Shown here in pieces: positions 14,401-26,250 of a stretch of DNA of 64,000 nt. The translations under genes were made by a program, and so were the position numbers. This DNA comes from Lophium mytilinum (lineage: Eukaryota). The first letter of the stretch is position 1; each line of letters starts with the position of its first letter. The stretch lies in assembly GCA_010093605.1 (NCBI GenBank), contig MU004191.1:542816-606815 (forward strand). The letters run 5' to 3'. Under the pieces are notes generated by a model that saw only the letters and a program-made list of their open reading frames with translations, was not told the origin of the DNA and searched no databases.

Positions 14401-17400
14401 GCACTCGTTCGATCCCATCGGTAACAAGAACGGACTGTGTGCCGGTGTGCCGGTAGGAGCGCCGGCATCTTCCACCATATGTCGTTGATTCCATGCGCGA
14501 TTTGACTTCGCGAGGTTTTGCGAGATGGGAGCAGCGCGGCTTGCCGAAGCGCCACTGCCAATCCCGACCCGAGGCGTCTATGCCGAGTTCATCCCAAAAC
14601 TCAATACCTTTTCGATGCACTTCTCTGGTCACCTCAACCTCGCGTATCGTCTACCTGATATCTGTGGATTACGCTCAAGTTAGCATGCATGTCAACTTCG
14701 CGCCGCAATGCTGCTGGTCAAGGATACCTTTCTCGGGGCAAACGGAAACCAAGCCTACGTTTCAAGATGTCTCCCCCAGACCGGCTCGTAATGCGCACGA
14801 AGCTGTCATGGGCGCAAGTAAGGCCCTACGCATATTCGAGCTAAGATTGCTCCGTACGTACCAGGTATGTGCCCCTACAAGTTACGTAGGTTCACTCACG
14901 TACGCAGCCTCTCCTTTAAGTTCATAGCCCGCTCAGCGATCCAACAGTCGCCAAAATCTGACCACCCCATCTCCCGCGATACCCGCGCCCGCACCTCAAC
15001 GACCCTGCTCAAACAAATAATGCTCTTGCGACCACTGGGTGCCCAAAGCTGGGCTCCTGTCCTTGTTTCCTAGCTTCAAGCTCTGGCAGTGGCCACATCA
15101 CTCGCTCACGCAAGCAGTGATCGTTGTTGTCGCATCCGTGGTGTGCGCTAAGCCAATCAGCAAGCCAGCCACACGAAGTATAATTCCTCGCGTCGGCTGG
15201 GATGCATGACCGGACTGACCTATAGGCGCCACTTCCGCTCAAATAGAAGGACGTCCCCGGGGTTTGCCGCATGGAAGACTGTCCTCCACCGTGAGCGCCT
15301 TTCTATTGAGGTAATGATCCTTCCGCTTAATTAACTGGCATGTTATAGTTTCACCGCCCATGATTTGCTTGTCTCAACACTAGCCTGTACGAACGCGAAT
15401 ACGTAGATCCGCTGATCTGCCAAGTGCCCATTTCGCATCTAGCCGCACGCATACACAATCCTAACAGCTCCCCAGACTCATCTAGTAGTCGAATCTCTCT
15501 TGAATCATGGTGCTATCCGCGGAGGCAATATTGTGCTGTTTCATGTGTCATCATCGTCATCATCTGACCAAGCACTCTGACCTCTTATTGTCATCAACAT
15601 CCTACAGTCTTATTCCAGTATTTGCGACTCGCACCCGCTAAATGTGCTCTGTATCGTTGGCGGTGCATATAGGTTGCGGGTAATCTCTGTAAGAAGCGCA
15701 GCTGCCGTTGATAGCTGATAAGGATACATTGCGCCGCAGTAACAAGATAAGTGATATGCCTTGTGCTAGGCACATTCTAGCTTCGCAGATGATTCTAATC
15801 ACGGGCCAGGTAAAGTATTCCTAGTAACGCCCGCAAAAGTAACGTTCAAGATTCTTCTTCGGTTCTGCAATCAGCAAGCAACATAGAGTACCACGGTAAA
15901 TACTATTCAACCTTTTCCGTTCGCTGTCTCACCATCATAAACAACCATGATGTATCCGATTGAGGCTGTCAAAGCACTACTAACAAAGCTTGTCGTCGTG
16001 AAGTGCCTCGAACTAAGTTTGTGCAACTTACTTTTGCACCGGTATCTGAATTTTCTTGTCAAGTGCTGATAAGTTATTGAAACACTACCCCAGACAATCA
16101 CAACTCAAACCGAGATCAAGAGCGTTTGAAATAACTTAGATTCGCACTCCCTAGATACTTACGTTGCATCTGGACTCTCAACAGGACACCGAAGCACTTC
16201 AGGCTGTGGGAAACTAGTGTGCACAGACTTCTGCCCAGGTACTTAATGGTCTAGACTACATAATACGTTTTCTGAAGCGACGCGGGTCTTATATATCTAT
16301 ACACGACCACAAACCCTTGGCGTAGGACCACTGTTATAGCGTTACAGGGTTTCCTATAGAGTCTTTGCAAATACGCATTGCACGAGTAGTCAATGTGCCA
16401 ACGGGCACCGTTTCAGGTAAGCCAGAAGATTACTTCCGATCGGTGTCACAGCGGCTGGCAGCTATGCTGGGCCAGACTGTCTTGCTTCTCAGGATGCGTC
16501 CTTTTCCGAGCCTTCTACCCTTACAGATGGCCCCTAGAGTTGGGCCCGACAAGAAGTCAGCGGTAGGGCTTCTTTTGACAACATTGGACTGCTTTACAGT
16601 CTGCCAGCGACCAAATACCAATGGCCTTGTTCCTATTTGAATCTACTGCAATAATATCTTTGGTAAGATCTGCATGTTTAGATTTCTGAAACATGCAAGA
16701 AGAAAGCTTTTCACGGTGACGATTCCATGTTCGTGCATCAGCGCACCCGGTGAACTAAGTCACTTACCGTTAATGCTGAATATCAACTATTGAAACAGTC
16801 ACAAGTCCAGGTGACATTTACTGCAGCAGCTGCCCACCGTCGTCATTGAACGCTGCTTGTCATCATTGCCCACTTACCTCTGCCACTCCTCTTCCATGAG
16901 CCTTCATGATCCATGTTTTGCACCACGGAACCATGGTTGGCCTCCAACTCGGCCTTCAATCTCCCATGATGGTAAGAGATTGCTCTCGTTGATGCTGCCA
17001 CGATGGTCTTTCGCGCCGAGTTTCAACCTCCCATTGGTGGGATAGGCAAGGTAAGTTGATGCGCCCATGTGAGATCTGCCTTGCTGCTCTGTTTCTGCCT
17101 GCTAAGAAACGGGTTTGGGAGGTACTGACAGTCTTCTATAGCTGGTGATGGAGGGGCCTTGTGCTGAGGATATAAGAGCACGTGGTCTGCACGTGTGGTC
17201 TCGGTCTCTGAAAGGTTGTACCAGGTCAGGGGATCTCCATGGCGTAACTACAGGGCTTCAATGAAGAGAGCCTAGTCCGTAGTCTGCCACCCTATCGGTC
17301 GGGTCCCTCGAGATGGTTAAGTAGAGAGAAAATGGATAGACTTTGCTTTTGCACAACACTACACGATGACGGTTAGTCCTCTTCTCGCCTACAATTGGCT

Positions 17401-17774
17401 ACGAAAGAGCACTATAAGCTTCATGAAGACCCACCGGCTAGGCTCGCCGTATTCAAGATCTACATAGATAAGTACAGGAGGCCGATGAATTCGAGCATTA
17501 GACATTAGTCTCTCCCGCATCTAGCCGTATCCCCTCGTCGCCAGTCAACATCCAATGCCTACACATCAAGCTGAAAGCGATCGCGTAGATACATACCTTC
17601 ATCGCTTATGAATTCCGAAAAAGCTCCATCCCAATAATAAACGAACGCCACCTAACTCTATTCGCCTGAAGCCCTTCTCTTTGACCATAGTGCGCCCGTT
17701 GCGGCATCAGCCACAAGTTCTATCATACCCATCTTTCTATATCTTTCCCCCACCACTTCCGACCATTTCAACTT

Positions 17775-19176
17775 TCACGCATGCCCCGGCTTCTGCCCAT
17801 AAATCACATGAAACGGCATCCACGCATGCGTCCCCTTATCCAAATACGCCTTCCGCACCCCCACCAAAAAAACCTCCACCTCCTCCTTCCTCCAGCCCAG
17901 GCCCTTGGTCATCGGACCCAGCGCAATCGCCTCGAGGCCCTCCATCAGGACCGCGCGCCAGTATAGCCCGACCTTTCGCAGCGCCTTGTTCTTGGGCCAG
18001 GGGCCGATCGGGGTGTAAAAGATGCGCTCGGTGACGTTGACGAAGCCGGCGGCGCGCATGAGGTCCGCGAGGCGTGGTCGGAGATTGACGCCGAGGTTGG
18101 AGAGGGCGTGGATGATGTAGCCCCAGTACTGCGCGATGGGGTTGTCGGGGGTCATGGTCCCGTCGTCGCATTCGGGGTAGTGAGTTAGTTCTTGGCATTC
18201 CATCCAGGCGCCTGGTTTGAGGTGGCTGGTGGTTGGACGATGGTTAGCGATGCTGGAACTGTATATATGCGACGGAGAGAGATACAAACTTTGAAGGGTG
18301 ATGAGGGTCTATACGTACGTCAATGCCCGGCTGTATAGCAGGGGCCAGTTGCGGAATGCTTGGATGGTGTGCCGGGTATGAATGTAATCGAAGTGGTTTA
18401 TGGGATATAGCCACTCGGCCTCAGCGTCGTCCACCATAAATCTAAGATTAGGGGGAACGAATTCGGACTGAATCGGGGAGAGGTCGATGCCGAGGACGTC
18501 GGCCGATGGATACTGATCAGCGACTGCAAAAAATGGTTAGTGTAACTGTTTGATGCTGTCTGTGGAATAAGTAGTAGTGCTACGCACAATCAAGGGCCCA
18601 TATACCCGTACCCGTCCCTAGGTCTATTACCTTCATCGCCTCGTCCTTCAAAGGCGCAAAGTGGAGGGTCTTGTTAAAGAGTAGCAAGAACATAGCATGC
18701 TTCAGGTCTTCCCGGTCTTGCTCTCGGTCGTCGTTGGGGAAAGAATAATCGGATTCACCTCGCTTGTATCCGTGATATCGCCGCCCATTTTCGTAAATGA
18801 AGTTACGCGCGCTGGATATTAGTGACACTGAATCTGAATCGCTGGTATCTGTCTGGTAGCCGTCATCGTCGCTAAACCTCCCAACGCTCTCTGCATCGAT
18901 ACCTTGCTCAGCCTGGTCGAGAGCATCGGCAGTTTCTTGGGCAGTGTATTCGAGCTGCTCCCGCGAAGGTGACACGCTCTTGTTCGACTTGCTGCCTCCA
19001 GAGGTTCTTCGCGGCGCCTCAGATTGGCTGGACGATGCGAGGGCTACTTCTAAGGCGATCTGCCACAGCGTCTCACTTGTTTGTGTTGCAATGTCTCTGT
19101 TATCTCTCGAAGTATGCTTTGACAACTCGCTCAGGTCGATTTTGGAATCTTGAGGGTCGGCATCCATGCCGAACAT
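17775..19176 (-). CDS. LaeA-like (Methyltransf_23-type) SAM-dependent methyltransferase (~414 aa, 3 exons)
   Basis: Exons 19176-18588, 18523-18319, 18225-17775 (1245 nt). Motifs YENGRRYH, FPNDDREQDREDLKH, IDLGTGTGIWA, GIDLSPIQ, LKPGAWMECQE, PIGPWPK, YGQKP. The start could instead be ATG 19167. Confidence 0.9.
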
Positions 19177-20190
19177 GCACTAATCTTAACGAAATGTTGT
19201 AGGTTGCAGTAGGGCCAAAGTCTATTCGCAAGGGCCGATCGCGGGACCGAAATAAGCTTCCGGGCGGCTCGGAGAATATAAGACGACAGCGTGGCGGTAG
19301 GAAAGCCTTACGCAATGGCTTGACAAGGTCGCGAAAAGGTTTTCTGATGCAAGAAGAGTGCGCGGTGCGCAGAGGATAATCAATTGGCGGGCGGGTGTCT
19401 TATCTCTAGGTATGTATCCGTATTCTGGACTCAATAGATGACTCGGAACGGTCTAGCAACCGCGCTCTAGCGTCCCAGTCGTGAGCTGCTTGGGCTTAAT
19501 AAGTATATCAAGGTGCAATTCGACGACTTACAATATACACAGTAGTGCCTCGCGCCTGAGGCCTGTAGGTGTTTGTCGCGATGACTCGCGTGGGCGCCGC
19601 GCTGGTATCGATTGCAAACTCGGGACGCGTGATCAGTGCCAATAATCTGCCCAGCAACTCGGTACGGATGTCGGTTCCTAGTTGGTAAATACCTGCAGGA
19701 TGTGAAATCTCCACTAAGTCTACTTATTCATCACGTCCCTGATGCTTCATCTCTTGCTCTGTCTGTTTTCTTTCTATTTCCTTAAGCTGTTTGTTTTCTT
19801 CCCGCATGCTTCTTTCCTGTGTTGAAAGAATGGTTATCGAAGAATAGGCCAATTAGGCAAGGGATAGAATGGACAGATTATCGTGGCTACTTCATCTAGC
19901 TTAGGCGTATCGTATCAAGCTAGCACGTTTTTACCAGAATTCACCACGTAATGAGGTGATAACCAAGTGACAAACACTCAAACCCGGGCCTACCTAGGAA
20001 GGAGAAATCCTCGGGGCTTTCACTTAGGGTTGCTTCGGACAATTTTCCGGCTTCAGACTTTCCTCGCTCGCCTTCACCAATCTCCCGGGTCCATTCGAGC
20101 CTTGAAACGCGACATTGCTTGGTCCTACTGCAACAAACACCCTTTCCGGCATCTGTGGAACAACTGGAGAACGGCTTAATTGTCAGCGTC

Positions 20191-21668
20191 ATGGCCTCGA
20201 GCAGACTCGTCGAACTGACCGCGATTATTGCCCGCGAGACCCAGAAAGTGGACGACTTCTTCAACCGAAACGGTCTTTCGCCGCTCTCCTTCAACCCCAC
20301 CGCCCCGGCCGACTTCCCCGTGCCAGCCAGCAATGTCGAGATTCAAGAGGCACGTCGTACAGTGGTCAATGCTACTCAGGAGCTGCATGATCTGATGGTC
20401 GGGCCACGCGAGAGTATTCGTTGGATGTCATGGAGCGTAAGTCTTGCTGGTATCTGTCGTGAAACCACACTTCCTGCATCGCGGAGCGAGTTCGGAGACC
20501 AAAGCTCATAGCTTGATTTAGTACAACGACAACCTAAGCCTGCTTGCCGTCTACCAGTTCAAAGTAGCATCAGCTGTACCTGTCGACGGCGAGACCTCCT
20601 ATGCCGAACTATCGAAAGCAACTGGGGTTGATGAAATCAACCTTAAGCGCCTGATCCGACATGCAATGACCAACCGAATCTTTAAGGAGCCTCGAGAAGG
20701 GTTCGTCGCGCATACCGCAGCTTCTCGGGTGCTTGTAGATGATTCGCAGATGATGGACTGGGTAGGGATGTGCAGCGCTGATTTCTTTCCTGCTGCCGCA
20801 CACACCATCGACGCGATGCTGAAGTATCCAGGCTCGCAAGAGCCTGCAGAGTCGGGTTTTACTGTAGCCTGGAAGCATGAGGGAACGCCTATGTTCGCTG
20901 AGATTGGGAAGAATCCAGCCAGAGCGAAGCGCTTTGGGGGAGCTATGATGTCGCTGACCGGCGGCGAGGGCTACGAAGTCGACTACCTGGTCGATGGGTA
21001 CCCTTGGGATGAGCTCGGAGAGTCAATCTTTGTTGATGTGAGCAGTTTTGTCTATGATGTGTGTCCTCATACTTACCACTCCACAGATTGGAGGCTCTCA
21101 TGGCTTCGTTTGCGTCGCTTTGGCCCAGAGGTTCCCTGGCATGAGGTTCGTAGTCCAAGATCTGCCGAAGACGGTTGCAGACGGACCATCCAAGATCCCC
21201 TCTGAACTTGCGGGCCGGATTCAGTTTCAAGCTCATGACTTCTACACCGAGCAACCAGTAAAGAATGCCGACGTCTACTTCTTCCGTTGGATCATCCACA
21301 ACCAATCAGACAAGTACGGTGTCAAGATTCTCCAGGCACTGATTCCGGCACTGAAACCCGGAGCTCGCATCATCATCAACGACAATTGCTTGCCTCAACC
21401 GAACACTGCTGACCCGTGGGACGAGAAGATCACTCGGTACGGACGGCAGACATGGAAAGATTCAACAACGAGCTAACGCTTTACTCACAGGACGATGGAC
21501 GTGACCATGCTCGAACTGCTGAATGCTAGGGAGCGAGAAGAAAACGACTACGCGGGTCTGTTTAAGGCGGCCGACCCGCGCTTCAAGTTTACAGGAGCGA
21601 GAACCTCCAAAGGCTGCCGGATGCATATCATGGAGGCTATATGGAATCCGGAAGATGCGAAACCGTGA
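20191..21668 (+). CDS. O-methyltransferase (Methyltransf_2, OmtA/COMT-like with dimerisation domain), ~429 aa, 4 exons
   Basis: Exons 20191-20436, 20522-21037, 21087-21436, 21491-21668 (1290 nt). Motifs VDIGGSHG, FVVQDLP, HDFYTEQPV, YFFRWIIHN, LKPGARIIIND, NARER. Confidence 0.92.
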
Positions 21669-22433
21669 ATCTGGATGATCGAGTAGCCTTTGCCTGTACC
21701 TCTCTAGCGGTCTGAACTTAGAGCGCGCTCGAGAAGAGAGCGACTATTTCCTTGTATTGGCATGTTCGTCTTAAAGGTAAATACGACTGATGTAAGCGTC
21801 TTTGTTATGACGTACTGGATTAGATGATACCCAGGAGGACATGGGATGCTGATTGACTTTTGTGGGGAGGTTTGACATAACAAGGGATTGAATTTGCAAA
21901 GACACCATGATCGAATCTCGAGATGAAGTTCCCAACATTGGGCCAGACGCTCTTCAAGCGAAGAATAAGCTCGGTGTTGATCGCTGACTCTGACATTCCC
22001 TAGCACGCAGGCACGTGGCAGGGTATTGAAAAGGTGGTACTCTATACTACGCAGGTGAGTGCTTGTCTATGCCACTACTTTGCGTGCTTCAATGCATTTT
22101 CGGAAACCTGCACAGGATAGAAGCCCTTTTCTCTATGCCCCGTGGAAATTCGGTTGAGATGCTTTAAGGGGTGGCAGATAGGTGCACCGACTAAATGAGA
22201 CAGTGTGGTAGTCAAGTGTTCATAGAAAGTGGCAGTCCATGAATCCGAGAGGTATATGTATACCATTTCTGTGGTTGTGTACGCTTGGTAAGAACTGCTA
22301 AAGATCTTCTAATATGCTATTGCTAGTCATGAAATACGAGCTGTGGTAAGCCTGATAGCTCTCCAGGCCCATCCAGGCGGTGTTGAATTGCTTGGCAGAA
22401 GTCAGCCACGTGACATGCATGTGACGTGCACCA

Positions 22434-23532
22434 ATGTCTTTTGTGCCAAAGCAGTTCTTTGAAGCTGCCGTCTGGAAGGAATCTGCAGTTGATGTGTTCG
22501 TTAAAGGAGAATGCAACGCGCAAGCGCTAGGAAAGTACGTATCAGATGTGGACGGTTATACTCTTCAAGCCGGAAATGCCGCCCTGGAGTAGTTTAAGCT
22601 TGGAGTGAATGTAGCTGTAAGTCGAGAACTCTGCACAATTACGGTCTTTTAATGCTGATCTTTTGAAACAGATGTCCATGTATAGAAAAGGCAACAATGA
22701 GTTGCATATAGTCGCTTTAGAGCATACTTCCATCCATTATGTTCTCGCAGAGTTCTCCTCGACAGCGGGCTTGAACATTATAACATGGAACCAAGCTTAC
22801 GCGTTGTTCCCTCTGCCTACGCTCATCCAACATAAAGCATATGTCTCACACGAGCCTAATGATCATATTGGCCGCTTGCTTCAGAAGTATACCGACCGAG
22901 GATGGAAAACCCAGCATCTACCATGGCCTGAGAAACTTGTACTAGAACTTACTCCATTCCGGCATACTCGTCGTATTGGCGACGGTTATACATGGAGACT
23001 GACGCTTGACACTACCAACGTTAAGCCATCAAAGGTGCCTGACTATGTCCTACAACACGCCCAGTTTAGTATTCAAGTAAAACCACACCGCCGTTACAGC
23101 TGGCTATCTTGGTGTCAGATCACAGCAGACCCATTTACTTCCCATACTCTAAAGTATGAATGCACATTCGGCAATAAAGGATCGCAGGGTACAGGAGAGA
23201 CGTGGCTGCAATTTCTAGGCAAGAGAGTGCGACCCTTGACGTACATGGAGCTCATCAAAGTGAATGCGGATTCACGACCCAACGTGTCCCCCGCCCATAG
23301 CATGTAGCAGTTGGGCAGGTTCACGAAACCCGGCTCATGGACCTATTACGACGACGACATCCCAGCTTGGTATAATGTATGGAAAGGGCAGGAGGAGTCT
23401 CTCCCTCTCGCTTCCCACCTCCTTGCCCTAGACCTTCTTCTTTGCCTCCCCATCTGCATTGCTTGCTTCTTCAAGGAAACATTTTCGAGATGCGAGGACC
23501 TAACGATGGAAGTCATGAGATCAGCCGGGTAA
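22434..23532 (+). pseudogene. Probable pseudogene of a conserved fungal hypothetical-protein family (QFFE..W..S.DVF / ST..N.ITWN.AY.LFP / KY..RGW)
   Basis: Protein-like frame from 22434 with an intact intron at 22617-22671 (GTAAGT..GCTGAT..CAG), but in-frame TAG stops at 22590-22592 and 23305-23307. The frame continues after each stop (..FTKPGSWTYYDDDIPAW). The 5' end is degraded. Family assignment is from recall. Confidence 0.6.
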
Positions 23533-24138
23533 CTAAGGGTCATGTGCGAGTTCAAGATTTAGATGAATGCACAGTGATAGAATCGAAGGTTTTGACGTCA
23601 GGACTACCCAACAGATGCCTACATCGAAACATTAACATTCAAACCTCTCCTTTGCACACTGTTCCTCTGTGCTCTTTCTGACCCCGGCTAGTAAATACAA
23701 CCTCGTCCTCATTGCCACCTCTTTTCCATGCCTCGCCATCCAAGAATATAAATACATTACAGCCTCACTGCAATGAGAAACCACGTCGGTCTAGGTAAGA
23801 ATAAAGGAGATGGTCGAATACAACTACGCCCACTCCGTTTGGGTATCGGAAGAATGAATGATTGCTTGATGCTGAATACGATTACGTGAAAAAAGAAACA
23901 TGCCGTTATCGATAAATGGTCTAGCGACTGTGCGAAAGTGTCAAATGCGTGTGCGAATGCAGATGTGAATGCATGGAAGTAATGCCGGTTTCGGTCTGAT
24001 GTGGTAATATTCGTGTGCGGGTAGTGTCTGGTTTCGTTGGATCGAGGAAATATGATCGTAGGATAAATATCCTTGCGGAACTGCGTCCGTTTGAAAAGTC
24101 GTAGCTGCCCCGGCTCGATTTTTGTTTTTGGATGGCCC

Positions 24139-26250
24139 CTAGAATTGCGAGCACTGATCTCCCCACTTTCTGCTCGAAACTTCGTTCACCGGGTTCGGGA
24201 ATACACCCGCGTCTAGCAGCTTGAACAGATCCCACTCAGCTGCCGCCTCAGTCTTGAAGTTCCAGAAGAAGAAGCCCTGGGTCTCGGCCAGGAAGGCCTC
24301 GAGCTGCACCTCAATATAGCCGCGGGTTTGATCCTTGTACCAGTCGTCCCATTGATCGATGTCGCTCTGCCAGTTGCAGGGGCCGTGATAGGTGCTGCCG
24401 GGGTAAGTGCCATCGTAGCGGGCACCGACGCCTTGACCTAGATTACGTGTTAGTAAGAGGTTGTGCGAGTTATTGAAGTACGGGACGGCCCGTGGTTTAG
24501 AACTGTAAAGCTCCGATTGCATGAAAGAGTCGGGATATCCTTGTGCAAAAGCCCGCACAACATGGCACCAAAACCGTCGGATCCCCTCGACTATGCATAT
24601 CATATGCGAACCAAGTGCGGGGAACTGTTCCAACGAAAATAACTGCGTAGAGAACCACTTACCGTTCAATTGCGGTGCGCAGTCAGTCATGGCAGCAGTC
24701 CATTCTCCAACGAAGGTCCACTTGTCCGCGCCGCCGTAACTAGCAGCATTGTTGCACACAGCTATTTGAATCAGCCTCTCATTTCCACATAAATCGGTAG
24801 ATTATACATACCCTGGCGATGCTGCCACGGCTGCCAGCCGACTAGCGTGTCATCGAAAACCTGGTACTCGTGGTGATCGACGACTACGTTCTGCGCGTTG
24901 GCGTCTGAAGGTGTCAAGAACCCGTTCCAGGTATTCGGCGCCTCGAAGCCATCGTGGAAGATTACAGGGGTGTCCGAAACTCCAGACGCAATTTTTCGCA
25001 CGTTGCCATAGCCATCGCGGAAGAATTGCCTGACTATGTTGTAATCAAGCTTTGAGATGAGCGGTTCGTTGAGCAGCTCGATCCCAATGACGACATCCTG
25101 GTAGGATGACTGTGCGTACTTGTCGGAGATGGTTTGTATGACCTTCAGCGTTCGCGAAACTGTGTCTCCTTGTCCCCACTGCGGGCTTGCCATCTTTTGA
25201 CCACTGTTATCATATCCATTTTGCGACCCTGGGGCGCCGTGGAGATCAATTATGATCTTCAAGCCCAAGCTTCTCGCCCAGTCTATCGCAGCGTCGATGT
25301 ATACTGCAGCACCACTCACGTAAGGAGTATCCGCATTGTCGTATGCCCAAAAGCCAATAGGTATCCGAACGACGTTGAAACCCGCATCGGAAATTTTCTT
25401 GAAATCCTGCCATGTGCAGAAGTTATCCCAGTGGTCTCGGAGGATTCCAGGCGCTTGGTCGGGGTGCTTTTGGCCGAGGGTGAATTCGTCGACGACATCG
25501 TTATCGTAAGGAGCGAATATTGAGGGGGTGATCCACCTGATGGAGAGAGTTAGATTGTAGCTTGTGGTATGTTTCGAAATACATGTACAGCAGGCGCAAT
25601 AATGCATTAATCAATCGCTAAATTGACGCTGCGGAGACAATTTAGACTCAGGCTATATAGAGACCTTCGGTCAAGATAAAGCAGAGAGAATATGTCGAAG
25701 ATGTCCTGCAAGTACCAAACAGGTAGAGAAGAGCGCCTTCACGGAGTGACCTTGGACGTGGACATGTGTGGCGGTCCGAGAGCTACCTCTAGCGTTGCCC
25801 GGGACAGAAAGTGTAGTAGAAATGTGGGAATAGTATGACTTTAATCGGGAAAAATGAACTTACGGTTCAAGGACTAGCCATCCACCTATGTTTACGCCGT
25901 AGACCTTGTCGGATCCCCAGGAGAAAGCAACTCCACGTTTCGAGGTTCTGTAGTGGTATTAGCGCACAGAACATATCAGAAGATCGGAGCTAATTCAGTT
26001 CGCAGAATGAGTCGAGCGCAACCAAAGTGAGGCGAGAAAGCTCGGGAGCTGACGCGTAGAGACGATTTGATATTCTTTGCGCAATTCCCGCGCTGGAAAT
26101 AAGTGCTTCCTTTATCGATTACGCCTGCTCACGCTATCCAGAGGAACTTGGAATAGAAGCGAAACTTTTGAAATAGAGCGGCACTTACAATGGAGCAGCG
26201 AGAGCTAGGTTTGCTGAGACAGCCAGCGAGAGAAGGCGCTTGAATAGCAT
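24139..26250 (-). CDS. exg1: Secreted GH5 exo-beta-1,3-glucanase (Exg1-like), ~422 aa, 5 exons
   Basis: Exons 26250-26189, 25947-25864, 25536-24812, 24761-24663, 24437-24139 (1269 nt). Signal peptide, Kex2-like KR, GVNIGGWLVLEPWITPS, VRIPIGFW, DLHGAPGSQNGYDNSG, catalytic NEP and VGEW, FFWNFKTE. Confidence 0.93.

Noticed and set aside
9000..15300. Many overlapping 100-190 aa ORFs in the GC-rich region
   Set aside because: They are Arg/Pro/Ala/Ser-rich, show no motifs or codon bias, and are expected by chance at high GC.
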